Positions 1 to 9,229 of a stretch of 64,000 nucleotides of DNA are shown here, in pieces; positions within the stretch are counted from its first letter, which is position 1, and each line of letters opens with the position of its first letter. The stretch comes from a virus. A model generated the notes under the pieces. That model ran no database searches. It was not told where the DNA came from and saw only the letters and a program-made list of their open reading frames with translations. The position numbers and the translations under genes are program-made. Location of the stretch: positions 32,001 through 96,000 of IMG/VR virus record IMGVR_UViG_3300024299_000001; one strand, 5' to 3'.

Positions 1-1
1 G

Positions 2-604
2 GACGTGTATCTAACAGACGAAGAAGCCAAGCATATAGTGGACATGTATCGAGAGAAGTACGACCTCATTGTAGACATGTGGAACGACCTGAAGCTAGCA
101 GGTATCAGAGCTATAATAACTGGTAAGAAACAAACCTTTGGTCAACTGAATCTAGGTACAGCACGTGTCAATGGTATACGATGGCTGGCGATGCAACTCC
201 CTTCTGGAAAGAGCATCTATTATATGAACCCAAGTGTGCAAGAGAAGTACATCCCTGGGTATGAGACGATGGGTAAGGTGCCTACTATCATGCACTGGGG
301 AGTAAATCCATACAGCAAGAAATGGAGTGAACTTAAAGTAACTCCTGGTCGACTGACTGAGAATGCAACACAAGCCACAGCTCGTGAAGTTATGGCATAT
401 GGTATGCTGAATGTCCAGAAGAATATGCCTGAGGCTACACTGATAGGAACAGTACACGATGAGGCGTTAAGTTTGATTGATGAGAAACTCGCTGTGTCAG
501 AAACCATGGATAAGTTTAACCTTGAGTTGTGCACTGTACCATGGGCTAAGGACTGTCCTCTGGCAGCAGAAGGATACTTTGAGAAACGTTATAAGAAAGA
601 CTAA
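2..604 (+). CDS. DNA polymerase, family A (Pol I-like), C-terminal fragment; 5' end is outside the window
   Basis: ORF is open to the window edge. 'TLIGTVHDEALSL' matches family-A motif C (HDE). Replication genes follow. Confidence 0.8.
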   Translation, partial: DVYLTDEEAKHIVDMYREKYDLIVDMWNDLKLAGIRAIITGKKQTFGQLNLGTARVNGIRWLAMQLPSGKSIYYMNPSVQEKYIPGYETMGKVPTIMHWGVNPYSKKWSELKVTPGRLTENATQATAREVMAYGMLNVQKNMPEATLIGTVHDEALSLIDEKLAVSETMDKFNLELCTVPWAKDCPLAAEGYFEKRYKKD

Positions 605-618
605 AGGAAAATAAAAAA

Positions 619-933
619 ATGCTTAATCCTTTTAAAAAAGCGATGCTTGAATGTGATGATCAGGATGGAAAAGAAAGACTGTGGGGATGGTTTGAATTAA
701 GTTATGCCAGTTTTTTAGTTATTCCAAGAGTTTTGATGCACTCGATGCCCGATGATTGGCAGAACCAAATGGCTTCCTTGCTTGAAGAATATCAAGACAC
801 CTTTCCAAACCAACCTCATATCGGAACAAGGGTTCAGGCCACAAAGAACGGCAAGCTTACTAAAATGCCAGAATTTTTAAAAAACTATCGGCACCCTGAT
901 CATAGGGTTATCGAAAAGATGAAAGGAAAATAA
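619..933 (+). CDS. hypothetical protein (starts MLNPFKK)
   Basis: 104-aa ORF with an AGGAAA SD-like sequence upstream. Its first 7 codons are identical to those of the next gene. Confidence 0.6.
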   Translation: MLNPFKKAMLECDDQDGKERLWGWFELSYASFLVIPRVLMHSMPDDWQNQMASLLEEYQDTFPNQPHIGTRVQATKNGKLTKMPEFLKNYRHPDHRVIEKMKGK

Positions 934-935
934 AA

Positions 936-1211
936 ATGCTTAATCCTTTTAAAAAAGAACGCTTCATAGTTTGGCACAATGATACTGCTGATCGTGTGAT
1001 TGTTGAAAGAAATTGGTTTCAACGGTTGTTGTATCCTATTTGTTTTGCAACTTGTACCGAAATTATGAAGTCAAGCCAGATTAAAATAAAAATAGATTCT
1101 GCTGAAAAGTTTGTTGAGCATATAAAATCACATCTTGCCGATGATGAATATGTAGTTTGTAAGATATGTGGAAAATCCGTTGAAGAAATATATATAGATT
1201 CAACTAACTAA
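936..1211 (+). CDS. hypothetical protein (starts MLNPFKK; C-terminal CKICGK)
   Basis: 91-aa ORF tightly packed after the previous gene. The SD and 5' codons are duplicated from the previous gene. Confidence 0.6.
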   Translation: MLNPFKKERFIVWHNDTADRVIVERNWFQRLLYPICFATCTEIMKSSQIKIKIDSAEKFVEHIKSHLADDEYVVCKICGKSVEEIYIDSTN

Positions 1212-1238
1212 TATATATAATTTAAAGAGGTGGTTATT

Positions 1239-1499
1239 ATGACGTTTAGGCAAAAAGTTTTAAAACTTGCAAAAAGTTTTAAAGCTGCGGTGACTGTAGA
1301 CAAAACAGAAAATGAGTTTGATATAGAAGTTCTCGCACCGGCTGGCTTCTATTGGGCAGAAGGTGGGGATTGTCATATACTCGTAGCAAATAAATACTAC
1401 ACTGAAAGTATTAAAACCGAAAACCTTTGGAAAGACCTTTATTTAAGAATGTCTGAAGGTTTAGAAAATTGTAAAAATCATAAATGCGAATGGGCGTAA
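1239..1499 (+). CDS. hypothetical protein
   Basis: ATG at 1239 lies 8 nt after AGAGG. The track ORF started at an upstream GTG. Confidence 0.6.
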   Translation: MTFRQKVLKLAKSFKAAVTVDKTENEFDIEVLAPAGFYWAEGGDCHILVANKYYTESIKTENLWKDLYLRMSEGLENCKNHKCEWA

Positions 1500-1502
1500 A
1501 CT

Positions 1503-1655
1503 ATGGATGAATCTTTATATGATAAATGGGTAGAAGAAGAAATAGAAGATATGCAAACAGCATTATTACATCGTGGTGTTGATGGATTGTTTTTTGAGTT
1601 TGAACGATGGGTTAAAGAAAATTATAACGTAACCCAAAAGGATAAAAAAATATGA
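1503..1655 (+). CDS. hypothetical small acidic protein (50 aa)
   Basis: Hand-translated ORF below the track cutoff. It starts 4 nt after the previous stop and overlaps the next ORF by ATGA. Confidence 0.45.
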   Translation: MDESLYDKWVEEEIEDMQTALLHRGVDGLFFEFERWVKENYNVTQKDKKI

Positions 1656-1783
1656 CAAGAGGTGGTCAAAGAAAAGGTGCAGGGCGAAAGCCCTCACCTG
1701 ACAAAAAGAAAGGCTATTCGACTAAGCTAAGATCATTGTGCAATGGGTTCAATAATAAACGTAGAACAATTGGACATATTTAG
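1652..1783 (+). CDS. hypothetical small basic protein (43 aa, MTRGGQRKGAGRKP...)
   Basis: Hand-translated ORF, ATGA-coupled to the previous ORF. It has a basic GGxRxGAGRKP-type N-terminus. Confidence 0.45.
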   Translation: MTRGGQRKGAGRKPSPDKKKGYSTKLRSLCNGFNNKRRTIGHI

Positions 1784-1817
1784 CGGCGTTGCTGGAAAAT
1801 CCAGCCAATAAGCCATT

Positions 1818-1842
1818 GCAGCAGGCTGCGCAAGCTTGCTGC
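1818..1842 (+). other. stem-loop (9 bp with one G.T, 7-nt loop) downstream of the 1652-1783 ORF
   Basis: gcagcaggc-tgcgcaa-gcttgctgc. No T-run follows, so terminator function is uncertain. Confidence 0.3.
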
Positions 1843-1878
1843 TGAATTTAATATTATAAAAATTGCTTGGAGGTAAAA

Positions 1879-2103
1879 ATGGAAAGATACAAAGTTGATG
1901 AGCGTGTGGGGTGTATCGCAATTCTTGACACTGATATACCAACACCCAGTAACGGTTTGCATAGTGATGACAGACACATCGTAAAATACTGGCAGGGTGT
2001 CAATCTTTATAAGTGTTACAATAATCAAACCATGTGGCATGTGCCTGTTTTCCTTCGTCGTAGGGCCAGGAAGCTTTGTTATGCTATGAACGCAATTTTA
2101 TAA
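1879..2103 (+). CDS. hypothetical protein
   Basis: ATG at 1879 is preceded by GGAGG (1869-1873). The track used an upstream TTG. Confidence 0.6.
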   Translation: MERYKVDERVGCIAILDTDIPTPSNGLHSDDRHIVKYWQGVNLYKCYNNQTMWHVPVFLRRRARKLCYAMNAIL

Positions 2104-2158
2104 TAAGCCGTTACACCTGATTGCTTCGCACAGGTGAACTTCTTATTGGACGGACTAA

Positions 2159-2344
2159 ATGAATAATGAACCGTGGTGCAAAAAACATAATACCTTCTTA
2201 TGGGACTGTGGATGCCCTGATCCAAGGGCCGTCCAATACTCAGATGCAACGAGTTTAAAGCCCTGCGCTCGTTCCTACCATAAGAAATGGCAAAAAAAGG
2301 GTTTCGATTTCTGCCCAAAGTGTGGAAGGGCTTTAAATCGGTGA
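2159..2344 (+). CDS. hypothetical Cys-rich (zinc-finger-like) protein
   Basis: 61-aa ORF with 'CKKH..CGCPD' and 'CPKCG' Cys pairs. Confidence 0.5.
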   Translation: MNNEPWCKKHNTFLWDCGCPDPRAVQYSDATSLKPCARSYHKKWQKKGFDFCPKCGRALNR

Positions 2345-2374
2345 TCCCCGACATTATTTTTCTTGGAGGCTTCG

Positions 2375-2560
2375 ATGAAAATTGTAATTCGTATAACCAG
2401 AACGAACAAGGAAGAGGCATACACCGAATACACATCAACCGGGGTAATGCCATCTATAAAAACCAAAACAACTTTTACCACTGTTGATATTCCTGATGAT
2501 GATGACCGATTCGTCTTCGACAGCGTTTCAGTAGAGGAGCGCAAAGTATGGATAAAATAA
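2375..2560 (+). CDS. hypothetical protein
   Basis: ATG at 2375 is preceded by GGAGG (2364-2368). Confidence 0.55.
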   Translation: MKIVIRITRTNKEEAYTEYTSTGVMPSIKTKTTFTTVDIPDDDDRFVFDSVSVEERKVWIK

Positions 2561-2817
2561 CAGAGGATTTTTTAAAGCATAGCAATATTAAAACATCGCT
2601 AAAAGGTATGGACAACAACACAATATGTAAGATGATATTAACTCATGTATGGTGCAGCTTAGACAGTACCTCTATAGAAGCTGCTTTATTAGGCGAAGCA
2701 ATTCATAGGCTTAAAGAGGCTGATAAAAAATACGATTGTTCAGCATGGCATGAAGCCAATCAGGATAAAGACGATATATGCTGCTATTGTAATAAACCTC
2801 TTAACCCAGATTTTTAA
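2548..2817 (+). CDS. hypothetical protein (C-terminal CCYC)
   Basis: 89-aa ORF with GAGGAG upstream. It overlaps the previous gene by 13 nt. Confidence 0.6.
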   Translation: MDKITEDFLKHSNIKTSLKGMDNNTICKMILTHVWCSLDSTSIEAALLGEAIHRLKEADKKYDCSAWHEANQDKDDICCYCNKPLNPDF

Positions 2818-2835
2818 CCTTATTATATAGGAGGT

Positions 2836-3294
2836 ATGATGTACACTGACTATGAGTTTCTTGACAAGACAGCTTTTGTCAAGATGAAGCGTAATATTTC
2901 CAATTGGAATAAGACCGCAAGTATCATCTACAATACAACAGATCTTGATATAATAAGGCATGTGTTGTATGTTGAGAAGACTGTGTATTCACGTGAGTAT
3001 AACAAGCAACGTATTTACATGCGGTTTAGTAGAGTTAGAAGTGATTGGGAAAAGCGGCATATGAGTCTGTTCCTCAAAGACGTGGAAGTTGAATCTACTT
3101 ATCAAGATGTGCTTAAGAGTCAATACACATTGGCACACTATTTAAAGCATTGGCGTGTTAACATTAACAGAACTCTTGCGCTTCTTAAGACTGAGTATGA
3201 AGGTCAACGCCGTCCTCATATAATGAAGGCCCTTCATAGCAGACTTAATAAGCTTAGGAAAAAACAGGATATGGTGAGCATGGATGGAATCTGA
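2836..3294 (+). CDS. hypothetical protein
   Basis: 152-aa ORF with AGGAGG upstream. Confidence 0.65.
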   Translation: MMYTDYEFLDKTAFVKMKRNISNWNKTASIIYNTTDLDIIRHVLYVEKTVYSREYNKQRIYMRFSRVRSDWEKRHMSLFLKDVEVESTYQDVLKSQYTLAHYLKHWRVNINRTLALLKTEYEGQRRPHIMKALHSRLNKLRKKQDMVSMDGI

Positions 3295-3583
3295 GAAAGA
3301 TGTAGAAAGGTATTTAGTAGAACAAGTAGAGGCAATTGGAGGCTTATGCCGCAAGTACGTATCACCAGGTGTAAGAGGAGTTCCTGACCGCTTATGCTTT
3401 ATGCCTGGTGCATTTCTTATGGCTGTCGAGTTAAAATCTGAGACTGAAGAACCAACAACGCAACAAGAACGCGAGCATACGCGTATAAGAAGCTGTGGGT
3501 TTAAAGTTTATGTAGTTGATACAAAGGTAAAAGTAGATAAACTCTTACGAGAATGGATATATGAATACGGACAAACAGATTAA
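3284..3583 (+). CDS. VRR-NUC domain nuclease
   Basis: 'GVPDRLCF...FLMAVELKSE' fits the PD-(D/E)xK core of VRR-NUC. The ~100-aa size is typical. Confidence 0.65.
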   Translation: MESEKDVERYLVEQVEAIGGLCRKYVSPGVRGVPDRLCFMPGAFLMAVELKSETEEPTTQQEREHTRIRSCGFKVYVVDTKVKVDKLLREWIYEYGQTD

Positions 3584-3594
3584 GGAGATGAATA

Positions 3595-4758
3595 ATGAAT
3601 CACATTGAAACATTCAAAGCTTTACGTGCAACACGAAGTCGTAATGAAAAAATTGACATACTCAAACAATCAGATGATATAACACAGTACATACTAGCAG
3701 CTGCATATAATCCATTTCTACATTACTTCATTAATAAGAAGTTAGTGTACAAGCCAGAGGATATGATACTGTACACATTAGATAGCGCGCCAGGTTTTGC
3801 AAGAATACTAAGCCGACTTTCTACTAGGATATTATCTGGTCATGATGCCATCACAGCAGCTACACGATTTATGAATACTTTGCAAAAAGATGACGCCGAG
3901 CTATTCATGCAGATTCTTAAAAAGGACCTTCGCTGTGGTATATCTGCAAAGACTATCAACGCTGCAATTCCAGGACTCATTCCTGAGTTTGGTGCTATGT
4001 TAGCGAAGAAGTGGGAAGAGAGTCGGTTCAACAAGAACTTAGTTATGTCACTCAAGTATGACGGCTTACGTGCCATATTTAAAGGAGGCAAGTTTTACTC
4101 TCGCAACGGTCATGAATTCCAAGGGCTACAACACCTCGAGCAAATCATACCCAAAGAATATTCATTTGACGGTGAGCTACTCATGCCAGGTGAACACTTT
4201 CAGGACTCATCAGGCAAGCTGCGTAGTGATGATCCTACTCCTGGAGCAGTCTACATGGTGTTTGACATACCTGAGAGTACCATGGAATTTACTCGACGCT
4301 ATCAGCTATACAAAGATGTATGTGAGCAACTGGACAGTAGTTTTGTGAAGCCTGTTAAGCACATCAACGTACGAAGCCTAGGACATATAGACCGTACATT
4401 TGAGATGTCTCTCGACAAGAAGTATGAGGGCTTAGTCATCAAGACAAAGGGTCATCGGTATCAAACCAAAAGATCCTGGGACTGGATGAAGCTCAAGGCA
4501 CAGAATGATGAAGACTTAGAAATTGTAGAGTATTATGAAGGCGAAGGAAAGTATGAAGGCATGCTAGGTGGTTTTATTGTGGACTATAAAGGAAAAGAAG
4601 TACGCGTAGGAAGTGGCTTCAGTGACGCAGAACGACACGATTTATGGTTTAGTAAACATAGCCAGATAGGTAATATTATTGAAGTAAAGTATCATGAGGT
4701 GACTCCAGATGGAAGCTTACGTCATCCTGTATTTGGCGGATTTAGATATGACAAGTAA
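3595..4758 (+). CDS. ATP-dependent DNA ligase
   Basis: Motif I 'SLKYDGLR' (KxDG), motif III 'FDGELLM', motif IV 'YEGLVIKT', motif V 'WMKLK'. Confidence 0.85.
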   Translation: MNHIETFKALRATRSRNEKIDILKQSDDITQYILAAAYNPFLHYFINKKLVYKPEDMILYTLDSAPGFARILSRLSTRILSGHDAITAATRFMNTLQKDDAELFMQILKKDLRCGISAKTINAAIPGLIPEFGAMLAKKWEESRFNKNLVMSLKYDGLRAIFKGGKFYSRNGHEFQGLQHLEQIIPKEYSFDGELLMPGEHFQDSSGKLRSDDPTPGAVYMVFDIPESTMEFTRRYQLYKDVCEQLDSSFVKPVKHINVRSLGHIDRTFEMSLDKKYEGLVIKTKGHRYQTKRSWDWMKLKAQNDEDLEIVEYYEGEGKYEGMLGGFIVDYKGKEVRVGSGFSDAERHDLWFSKHSQIGNIIEVKYHEVTPDGSLRHPVFGGFRYDK

Positions 4759-4946
4759 TGGCATCTGACAACGAGCACAGTGATAAAGACATCACAATAG
4801 CGAGGTGTCCTAGATGTGGAAGACTTCACAAAGTCTTTATCTTCTGGACTGGTCGAGGCAGGCCACGCATATACTGTGAATCATGTCTTGCTATACTGGC
4901 ACAGAGAGATAACGTAAGATACCACGTACACTTAAAGGATGATTAA
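4758..4946 (+). CDS. zinc-ribbon protein
   Basis: 'CPRCGRLH...CESC' gives two CxxC pairs. The ORF is ATGA/TAATG-coupled to its neighbours. Confidence 0.6.
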   Translation: MASDNEHSDKDITIARCPRCGRLHKVFIFWTGRGRPRIYCESCLAILAQRDNVRYHVHLKDD

Positions 4947-6311
4947 ATGACACTACCAAAGATGCATCCATACCAAACTAAAGCTTTGCAGTTTAGCTTA
5001 GTCAACCCTCAAACTTATCTGGCGTTAGATATGGGGCTCGGAAAAACTCGCATAGCTTTAGAATGGGCAAAACCAAAGTTAGACAAAGGAGTGCTTGTCA
5101 TAGCTCCACTAAAAGCCATCTATACTACATGGCCAGATGAAATCGAGAAGTGGGAGTTTGGCTACTCGTACACTATACTTCATGACACTGAGAAGCTTGA
5201 TAGGTTAGGGTTGAAACGTGACATGTACTTTCTTAACTTTGAAGGCATACAGTGGCTATTTGACTCTATGAAGCAGCTCTACAAGTTAACCAAGAGAGTA
5301 CCATTTAGATACATCATAATTGATGAAGGCTCAATGATCAAGAGCCCCAAGACTAAGCGGTTCAAGGTAATGCGTAAGCTCAGAGATATATTTCATGGAG
5401 CTACGATCTTGAGTGGCACACCTGCACCTCAATCTCTACTAAATCTCTGGTCACAGTATTTCTTTCTGGATGGTGGTGTTCGTCTAGGTAAGACGTATGG
5501 TAAATTTCAAGAGAAGTACTTCATGCCTCTGGACTATAAGCAGTTCACTTGGGGCATACAAAGTGAAGAGAAGAAGCAAGAGATATATGAGCGGATCAAG
5601 GACATCACGTATAGACTTGATGCAGGTGACTACATTAAGTTGCCACCTAGGATTGACAACATCATCAAGCTCAAGATGCCGCCTGAACACATGGCGCAGT
5701 ACAAGACACTCGAGAAGAAGTTCTTCCTGAAGCTGGAAGAGTCTGAGATTGAAGTATTTAACTCTGCAGCTCTGTCAATGAAGCTTCGGCAGTTTATACA
5801 AGGCGGAGTATACACAGATAAGAAAGGTACTTACGAGATAATCCACAAAGAGAAACTTGAGAAGCTTAAAGAGCTTGTTGAAGCTGCAAATGGCCAGGGG
5901 ATACTCTGTCCTATCCAATTTAAGTTTGAGCTTGAGATGATCAAGAAAGTGTGGCCCAAGGTACCTGCTCTAGTGGGTGGCATAGCAATCAAGGAATCTG
6001 CTAAGCACATTAGGAATTGGAACAAAGGCAAGATTCCTCTACTGATATGCCATCCCAAGAGTGTAAGTCATGCTCTCAACCTGCAGACAGGATCACACTT
6101 AATTGTGTGGTACGGCTTGACCTGGAGCACAGAGCAATACTTACAACTTAACAAGCGTGTACATCGACAAGGACAGAAGAACACAGTCATTGTACATCAC
6201 TTAGTTATGCAGAATACTATCGACACGTCAATCATGAACGCACTTAAGGCTAACATTAAGACACAAGCGGAGTTATTAGACTTTATTAAAAACTATAGAG
6301 AGGAAGAATAA
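4947..6311 (+). CDS. SNF2-family (SF2) DNA helicase/translocase
   Basis: Motif I 'DMGLGKT', II 'IIIDEGS', III 'LSGTPAPQ', VI 'RVHRQGQKNTVIVHHL'. Confidence 0.85.
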   Translation: MTLPKMHPYQTKALQFSLVNPQTYLALDMGLGKTRIALEWAKPKLDKGVLVIAPLKAIYTTWPDEIEKWEFGYSYTILHDTEKLDRLGLKRDMYFLNFEGIQWLFDSMKQLYKLTKRVPFRYIIIDEGSMIKSPKTKRFKVMRKLRDIFHGATILSGTPAPQSLLNLWSQYFFLDGGVRLGKTYGKFQEKYFMPLDYKQFTWGIQSEEKKQEIYERIKDITYRLDAGDYIKLPPRIDNIIKLKMPPEHMAQYKTLEKKFFLKLEESEIEVFNSAALSMKLRQFIQGGVYTDKKGTYEIIHKEKLEKLKELVEAANGQGILCPIQFKFELEMIKKVWPKVPALVGGIAIKESAKHIRNWNKGKIPLLICHPKSVSHALNLQTGSHLIVWYGLTWSTEQYLQLNKRVHRQGQKNTVIVHHLVMQNTIDTSIMNALKANIKTQAELLDFIKNYREEE

Positions 6312-6538
6312 TGAAGCTCATTAAAGACTTAGATGAAGATATTGAGTATCTTGACCTGGAAGAAACAGATATAGATTGTCACGATATGCATATACATAAT
6401 TGTGATGGATACGGCGCCTATGATGTTCAAGTATTAGATTATATACTAACTTGGGCACAAGTCGACGTACTTAAGAACGGTATCGCCGAAGCTGAGAGAT
6501 TATGGAGAAAAGATAATAAATCGGATAAAAGCGAGTAG
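6311..6538 (+). CDS. hypothetical acidic protein
   Basis: 75-aa ORF, ATGA-coupled to the helicase gene. Confidence 0.6.
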   Translation: MKLIKDLDEDIEYLDLEETDIDCHDMHIHNCDGYGAYDVQVLDYILTWAQVDVLKNGIAEAERLWRKDNKSDKSE

Positions 6539-6671
6539 AAAAGATGAAAAATCATTTATCTCGGAGCCACCACTATAGCCAGAAACTCGTTTTCAGCTTT
6601 TCTGAGTATAGTAGATCGAGTAAATGAGAGATATGGAATTTGTGTATATTAACTAAAATAAGGAGAAACAC

Positions 6672-6893
6672 ATGGGAGATGAAATTAAAATTAAAATTGA
6701 CAATAAGTTGTATTCAGTGGAAGACGCTAAAGCAATTTTTCAAGCGTTAAAAGATGTTTTTGAACCTACACCAGCGCCAGTGCATATCTGGTATCCTGTA
6801 GCATACCCAGCATACCCAACATATCCTGACCCAATGAATCCGCTTCCAATTACATATAGTCCATCTACAGGAACATCAAATGGAAACAACTAA
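6672..6893 (+). CDS. hypothetical protein (P/Y-rich C-terminus)
   Basis: 73-aa ORF with AAGGAG upstream. Confidence 0.6.
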   Translation: MGDEIKIKIDNKLYSVEDAKAIFQALKDVFEPTPAPVHIWYPVAYPAYPTYPDPMNPLPITYSPSTGTSNGNN

Positions 6894-7308
6894 GCAAGCT
6901 TTATGGGATAAAAGGCACTTAGGCTTGGCAAGACATGTAGCAGGGTGGTCAAAGGACCCAAGAAAACGAGTTGGATCAGTGGTGACCAAAGATAATTACG
7001 TTAGAGGAGTCGGCTACAATGGCTTTCCCCGAGGCATAGCTGACACTAAGGCGAGACTTGCCGATCCTGCTATCAAGCTTGCTCTGATCATACACGCTGA
7101 AGTGAATGCCTTAGCAGCGGCAGAGGACGGTGACTGCATATACGTGTACCCCTGTTTACCTTGTACACTGTGCCTCGGACAGATCATACAACGCGGCATC
7201 AAGCGGATTGTGACCATGAAAAGCAAGCCTAAGACAAAGTGGTCACCCGACTTGGTACTATCACTGGCTGAAGAAGCTGACATGGAAGTTGTGATTATTA
7301 AAATATAA
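6880..7308 (+). CDS. dCMP deaminase (cytidine/deoxycytidylate deaminase fold)
   Basis: 'HAEVNAL' and 'PCLPCTLC' form the zinc-binding HAE...PCxxC signature. Confidence 0.85.
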   Translation: METTKQALWDKRHLGLARHVAGWSKDPRKRVGSVVTKDNYVRGVGYNGFPRGIADTKARLADPAIKLALIIHAEVNALAAAEDGDCIYVYPCLPCTLCLGQIIQRGIKRIVTMKSKPKTKWSPDLVLSLAEEADMEVVIIKI

Positions 7309-7317
7309 GGAGGTAAT

Positions 7318-7431
7318 ATGAGAGCTGCGTGGATACTAGTAATTATATTTTCGTGCATAGGGCTTGGTGTAACTACTGTCGGAATATTATGGGTAGTTAG
7401 TAAAATATTACAACTAATACTAGGAGGTTAA
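7318..7431 (+). CDS. small single-pass membrane protein (37 aa)
   Basis: Hand-translated ORF with a strong AAGGAGG SD. The core 'WILVIIFSCIGLGVTTVGILWVV' is hydrophobic. Confidence 0.55.
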   Translation: MRAAWILVIIFSCIGLGVTTVGILWVVSKILQLILGG

Positions 7432-7432
7432 A

Positions 7433-7522
7433 ATGGGTTATAAAAAGTTTTTTGAACGACATGGTGAGGATAACTTAATGTATCACGACTACCCTGAGCA
7501 TGGTCCAGGGGTATTAAAGTAG
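7433..7522 (+). CDS. hypothetical small protein (29 aa)
   Basis: Hand-translated ORF with a TAGGAGG SD 5 nt upstream. Confidence 0.4.
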   Translation: MGYKKFFERHGEDNLMYHDYPEHGPGVLK

Positions 7523-7527
7523 AGGAT

Positions 7528-7614
7528 ATGTACAAAGCTTTTAAAGAGCGGATACTTAATGAACATAACATAGTGCTGAAGTGGTACTTAGAAGGGCACG
7601 AGGAGGCTAAATGA
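7528..7614 (+). CDS. hypothetical small protein (28 aa)
   Basis: Hand-translated ORF, ATGA-coupled to the 7611 ORF. Confidence 0.4.
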   Translation: MYKAFKERILNEHNIVLKWYLEGHEEAK

Positions 7615-7805
7615 CTGAACTTAAGTACTTTGAAGAAAAAGCAACTGAGTGTCATTACGGTAAGCAAGGTATTGTTCTAGGCCGGATATTTTCTCTTCGA
7701 AAGACTAAGAATACAATTGTAATCACAGAAGATGGCTATAAGCTACACTGTAATAGACAAGGTATCTCGACAAGAGATACTAGGCTATACAGCATATTGG
7801 GATAA
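7611..7805 (+). CDS. hypothetical protein; last gene of the rightward block
   Basis: 64-aa ORF with GAGGAGG upstream. It converges on the leftward block. Confidence 0.6.
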   Translation: MTELKYFEEKATECHYGKQGIVLGRIFSLRKTKNTIVITEDGYKLHCNRQGISTRDTRLYSILG

Positions 7806-7846
7806 ACAAAGAGAAAAACAGGCTCCCAAGCAGCGGGAGAAGAGGA

Positions 7847-8077
7847 CTACTTGATCCGCCGGTTCTTCTCTTTGGCCATTACGGCAAGGTTACCGAGAGA
7901 GCTATTCTTGACATTACGATCTTTATGATGAACATCCTTGCCATCGCCTTTTCGGACCTTACCTTTTCGTGCCATCATACGACGTGCTTTGTTACGCAGA
8001 GCACGTCGTTTTATTTCTTTTTTCTTTCCGTGATATAATTCATATTCTCGCTTGTAGTTTCGTTTCTTAGGCATCAC
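7847..8077 (-). CDS. small, very basic HNH-motif protein
   Basis: 'GDGKDVHHKDRNVKNSSLGNLAVM..KN' resembles a minimal HNH core in a K/R-rich 76-aa protein. Confidence 0.5.
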   Translation of the reverse strand: MMPKKRNYKREYELYHGKKKEIKRRALRNKARRMMARKGKVRKGDGKDVHHKDRNVKNSSLGNLAVMAKEKNRRIK

Positions 8078-8625
8078 GTCTCTCCTTGCTGAATGATAAA
8101 TCCACCAGCAGCTTGAATTAAGTTAACACATAATGTAGGATGAACAGTCCAAGGTCTCACAGTACTCCACTTCAGTGCTTTGACGATAGGAGTAATAAGT
8201 TCCTCTGAGCAGAAAGTTTTCTCTGGGTCTTCTTTGATGAATTTGTATCTAAAGTTGACAATACCGGCCCAGTCGTATTCTTTCTTATCTTCACATGACT
8301 TAACATAATGCGCTAAGCAGTACTCCCAGTCAAGTCTTGACATATTAAGTGCCCATATCTCATAAGGTGTTCCTGAAGTGTGGTCGTGCATGTCATTGTA
8401 GTCCATCCAGGATTTTATACGACCGCTATGCGGCCACTGCTCCATTAAGTTCATCTGATCAAGCTTTATCTTGGTTGCTCGTTCTTCGCCGATAAGAGTC
8501 TTGATATATAGACGTTCTGCGTCATCAATATAAACTGCGCTGTGTGAGTAAGGTCCTGTCTGATTCTGAATAACTTTTGATATAGTTGATAATCCGTAGA
8601 AGTGTGCTGATTTCAGTGTGATCAT
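8074..8625 (-). CDS. permuted papain-fold (NlpC/P60-like, YiiX/C92-type) hydrolase; candidate endolysin
   Basis: A His-first 'YSHSAVYID' is followed by a late 'FCSEELI' Cys motif. The gene is ATGA-coupled to small membrane-protein genes. Confidence 0.45.
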   Translation of the reverse strand: MITLKSAHFYGLSTISKVIQNQTGPYSHSAVYIDDAERLYIKTLIGEERATKIKLDQMNLMEQWPHSGRIKSWMDYNDMHDHTSGTPYEIWALNMSRLDWEYCLAHYVKSCEDKKEYDWAGIVNFRYKFIKEDPEKTFCSEELITPIVKALKWSTVRPWTVHPTLCVNLIQAAGGFIIQQGET

Positions 8626-8780
8626 TTCTTAGCGTCCTTTACTTTATCAAATAAACTTAACAGCAGATCAAAGTCACCAGAATATGCTGCAGCAATAATA
8701 AGTGTTACTAATATTAATGTGATACAACCCATAGCCCATCTCTTTGTCGCTGGTTCCCAGTCTTTAATCCACTTAATCAT
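8622..8780 (-). CDS. small membrane protein (52 aa); holin/spanin-like
   Basis: Hand-translated: MIKWIKDWEPATKRWAMGCITLILVTLIIAAAYSG... It has one TM segment and an ATGA overlap with the hydrolase gene. Confidence 0.5.
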   Translation of the reverse strand: MIKWIKDWEPATKRWAMGCITLILVTLIIAAAYSGDFDLLLSLFDKVKDAKK

Positions 8781-8782
8781 AA

Positions 8783-9229
8783 TTAACTCCGTTCTACATA
8801 GAAGGGATCACTAAATGCAGTCACAGTGACCTCTCTTAAAGGATTTACTTTATATACGCCTTCCCACTTAAACACATACTCCCCTGGTTCTGCTGAACTC
8901 GGAATCTTAAGTTTGACTTTCATTTTTCTCTTACCTACAGGTATATTTCCGTATATAGGAGAGTACGTAATAATGAAGTCGTTGATAAGCTGTTTGTTTA
9001 TCACAGCCGCCAAGGGTAATTTTTTATCTACATCCATTTCATACACCAAGTATTGTCCAGGCTGTACAACTCGATCTGAGTTACAAATCTTTATATTGTT
9101 AACCACAAATGGATTATAGGGCCAGAATAGCCAGAAGGTTACAATACAATAGCCGCTGATAACAAGAGCTGAGATGCATCTGTGTCTCAGTAGTTTAAAA
9201 CGTGATTTATCTGTTCTACGCTTATTCAT
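8783..9229 (-). CDS. N-terminally membrane-anchored protein
   Basis: 148-aa ORF with a basic N-terminus followed by the TM segment 'ISALVISGYCIVTFWLFW'. Confidence 0.6.
   Translation of the reverse strand: MNKRRTDKSRFKLLRHRCISALVISGYCIVTFWLFWPYNPFVVNNIKICNSDRVVQPGQYLVYEMDVDKKLPLAAVINKQLINDFIITYSPIYGNIPVGKRKMKVKLKIPSSAEPGEYVFKWEGVYKVNPLREVTVTAFSDPFYVERS

Noticed and set aside
1733-2544. Several minus-strand track ORFs (70-124 aa) opposite the small + strand genes
   Set aside because: They overlap SD-preceded + strand genes in a uniformly rightward block and show no start context or recognisable sequence.
7821-7840. Possible terminator at the convergence point of the two blocks (ctccc-aagcagc-gggag)
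   Set aside because: It has only a 5-bp stem and no T-run on either strand, which is too weak to call.
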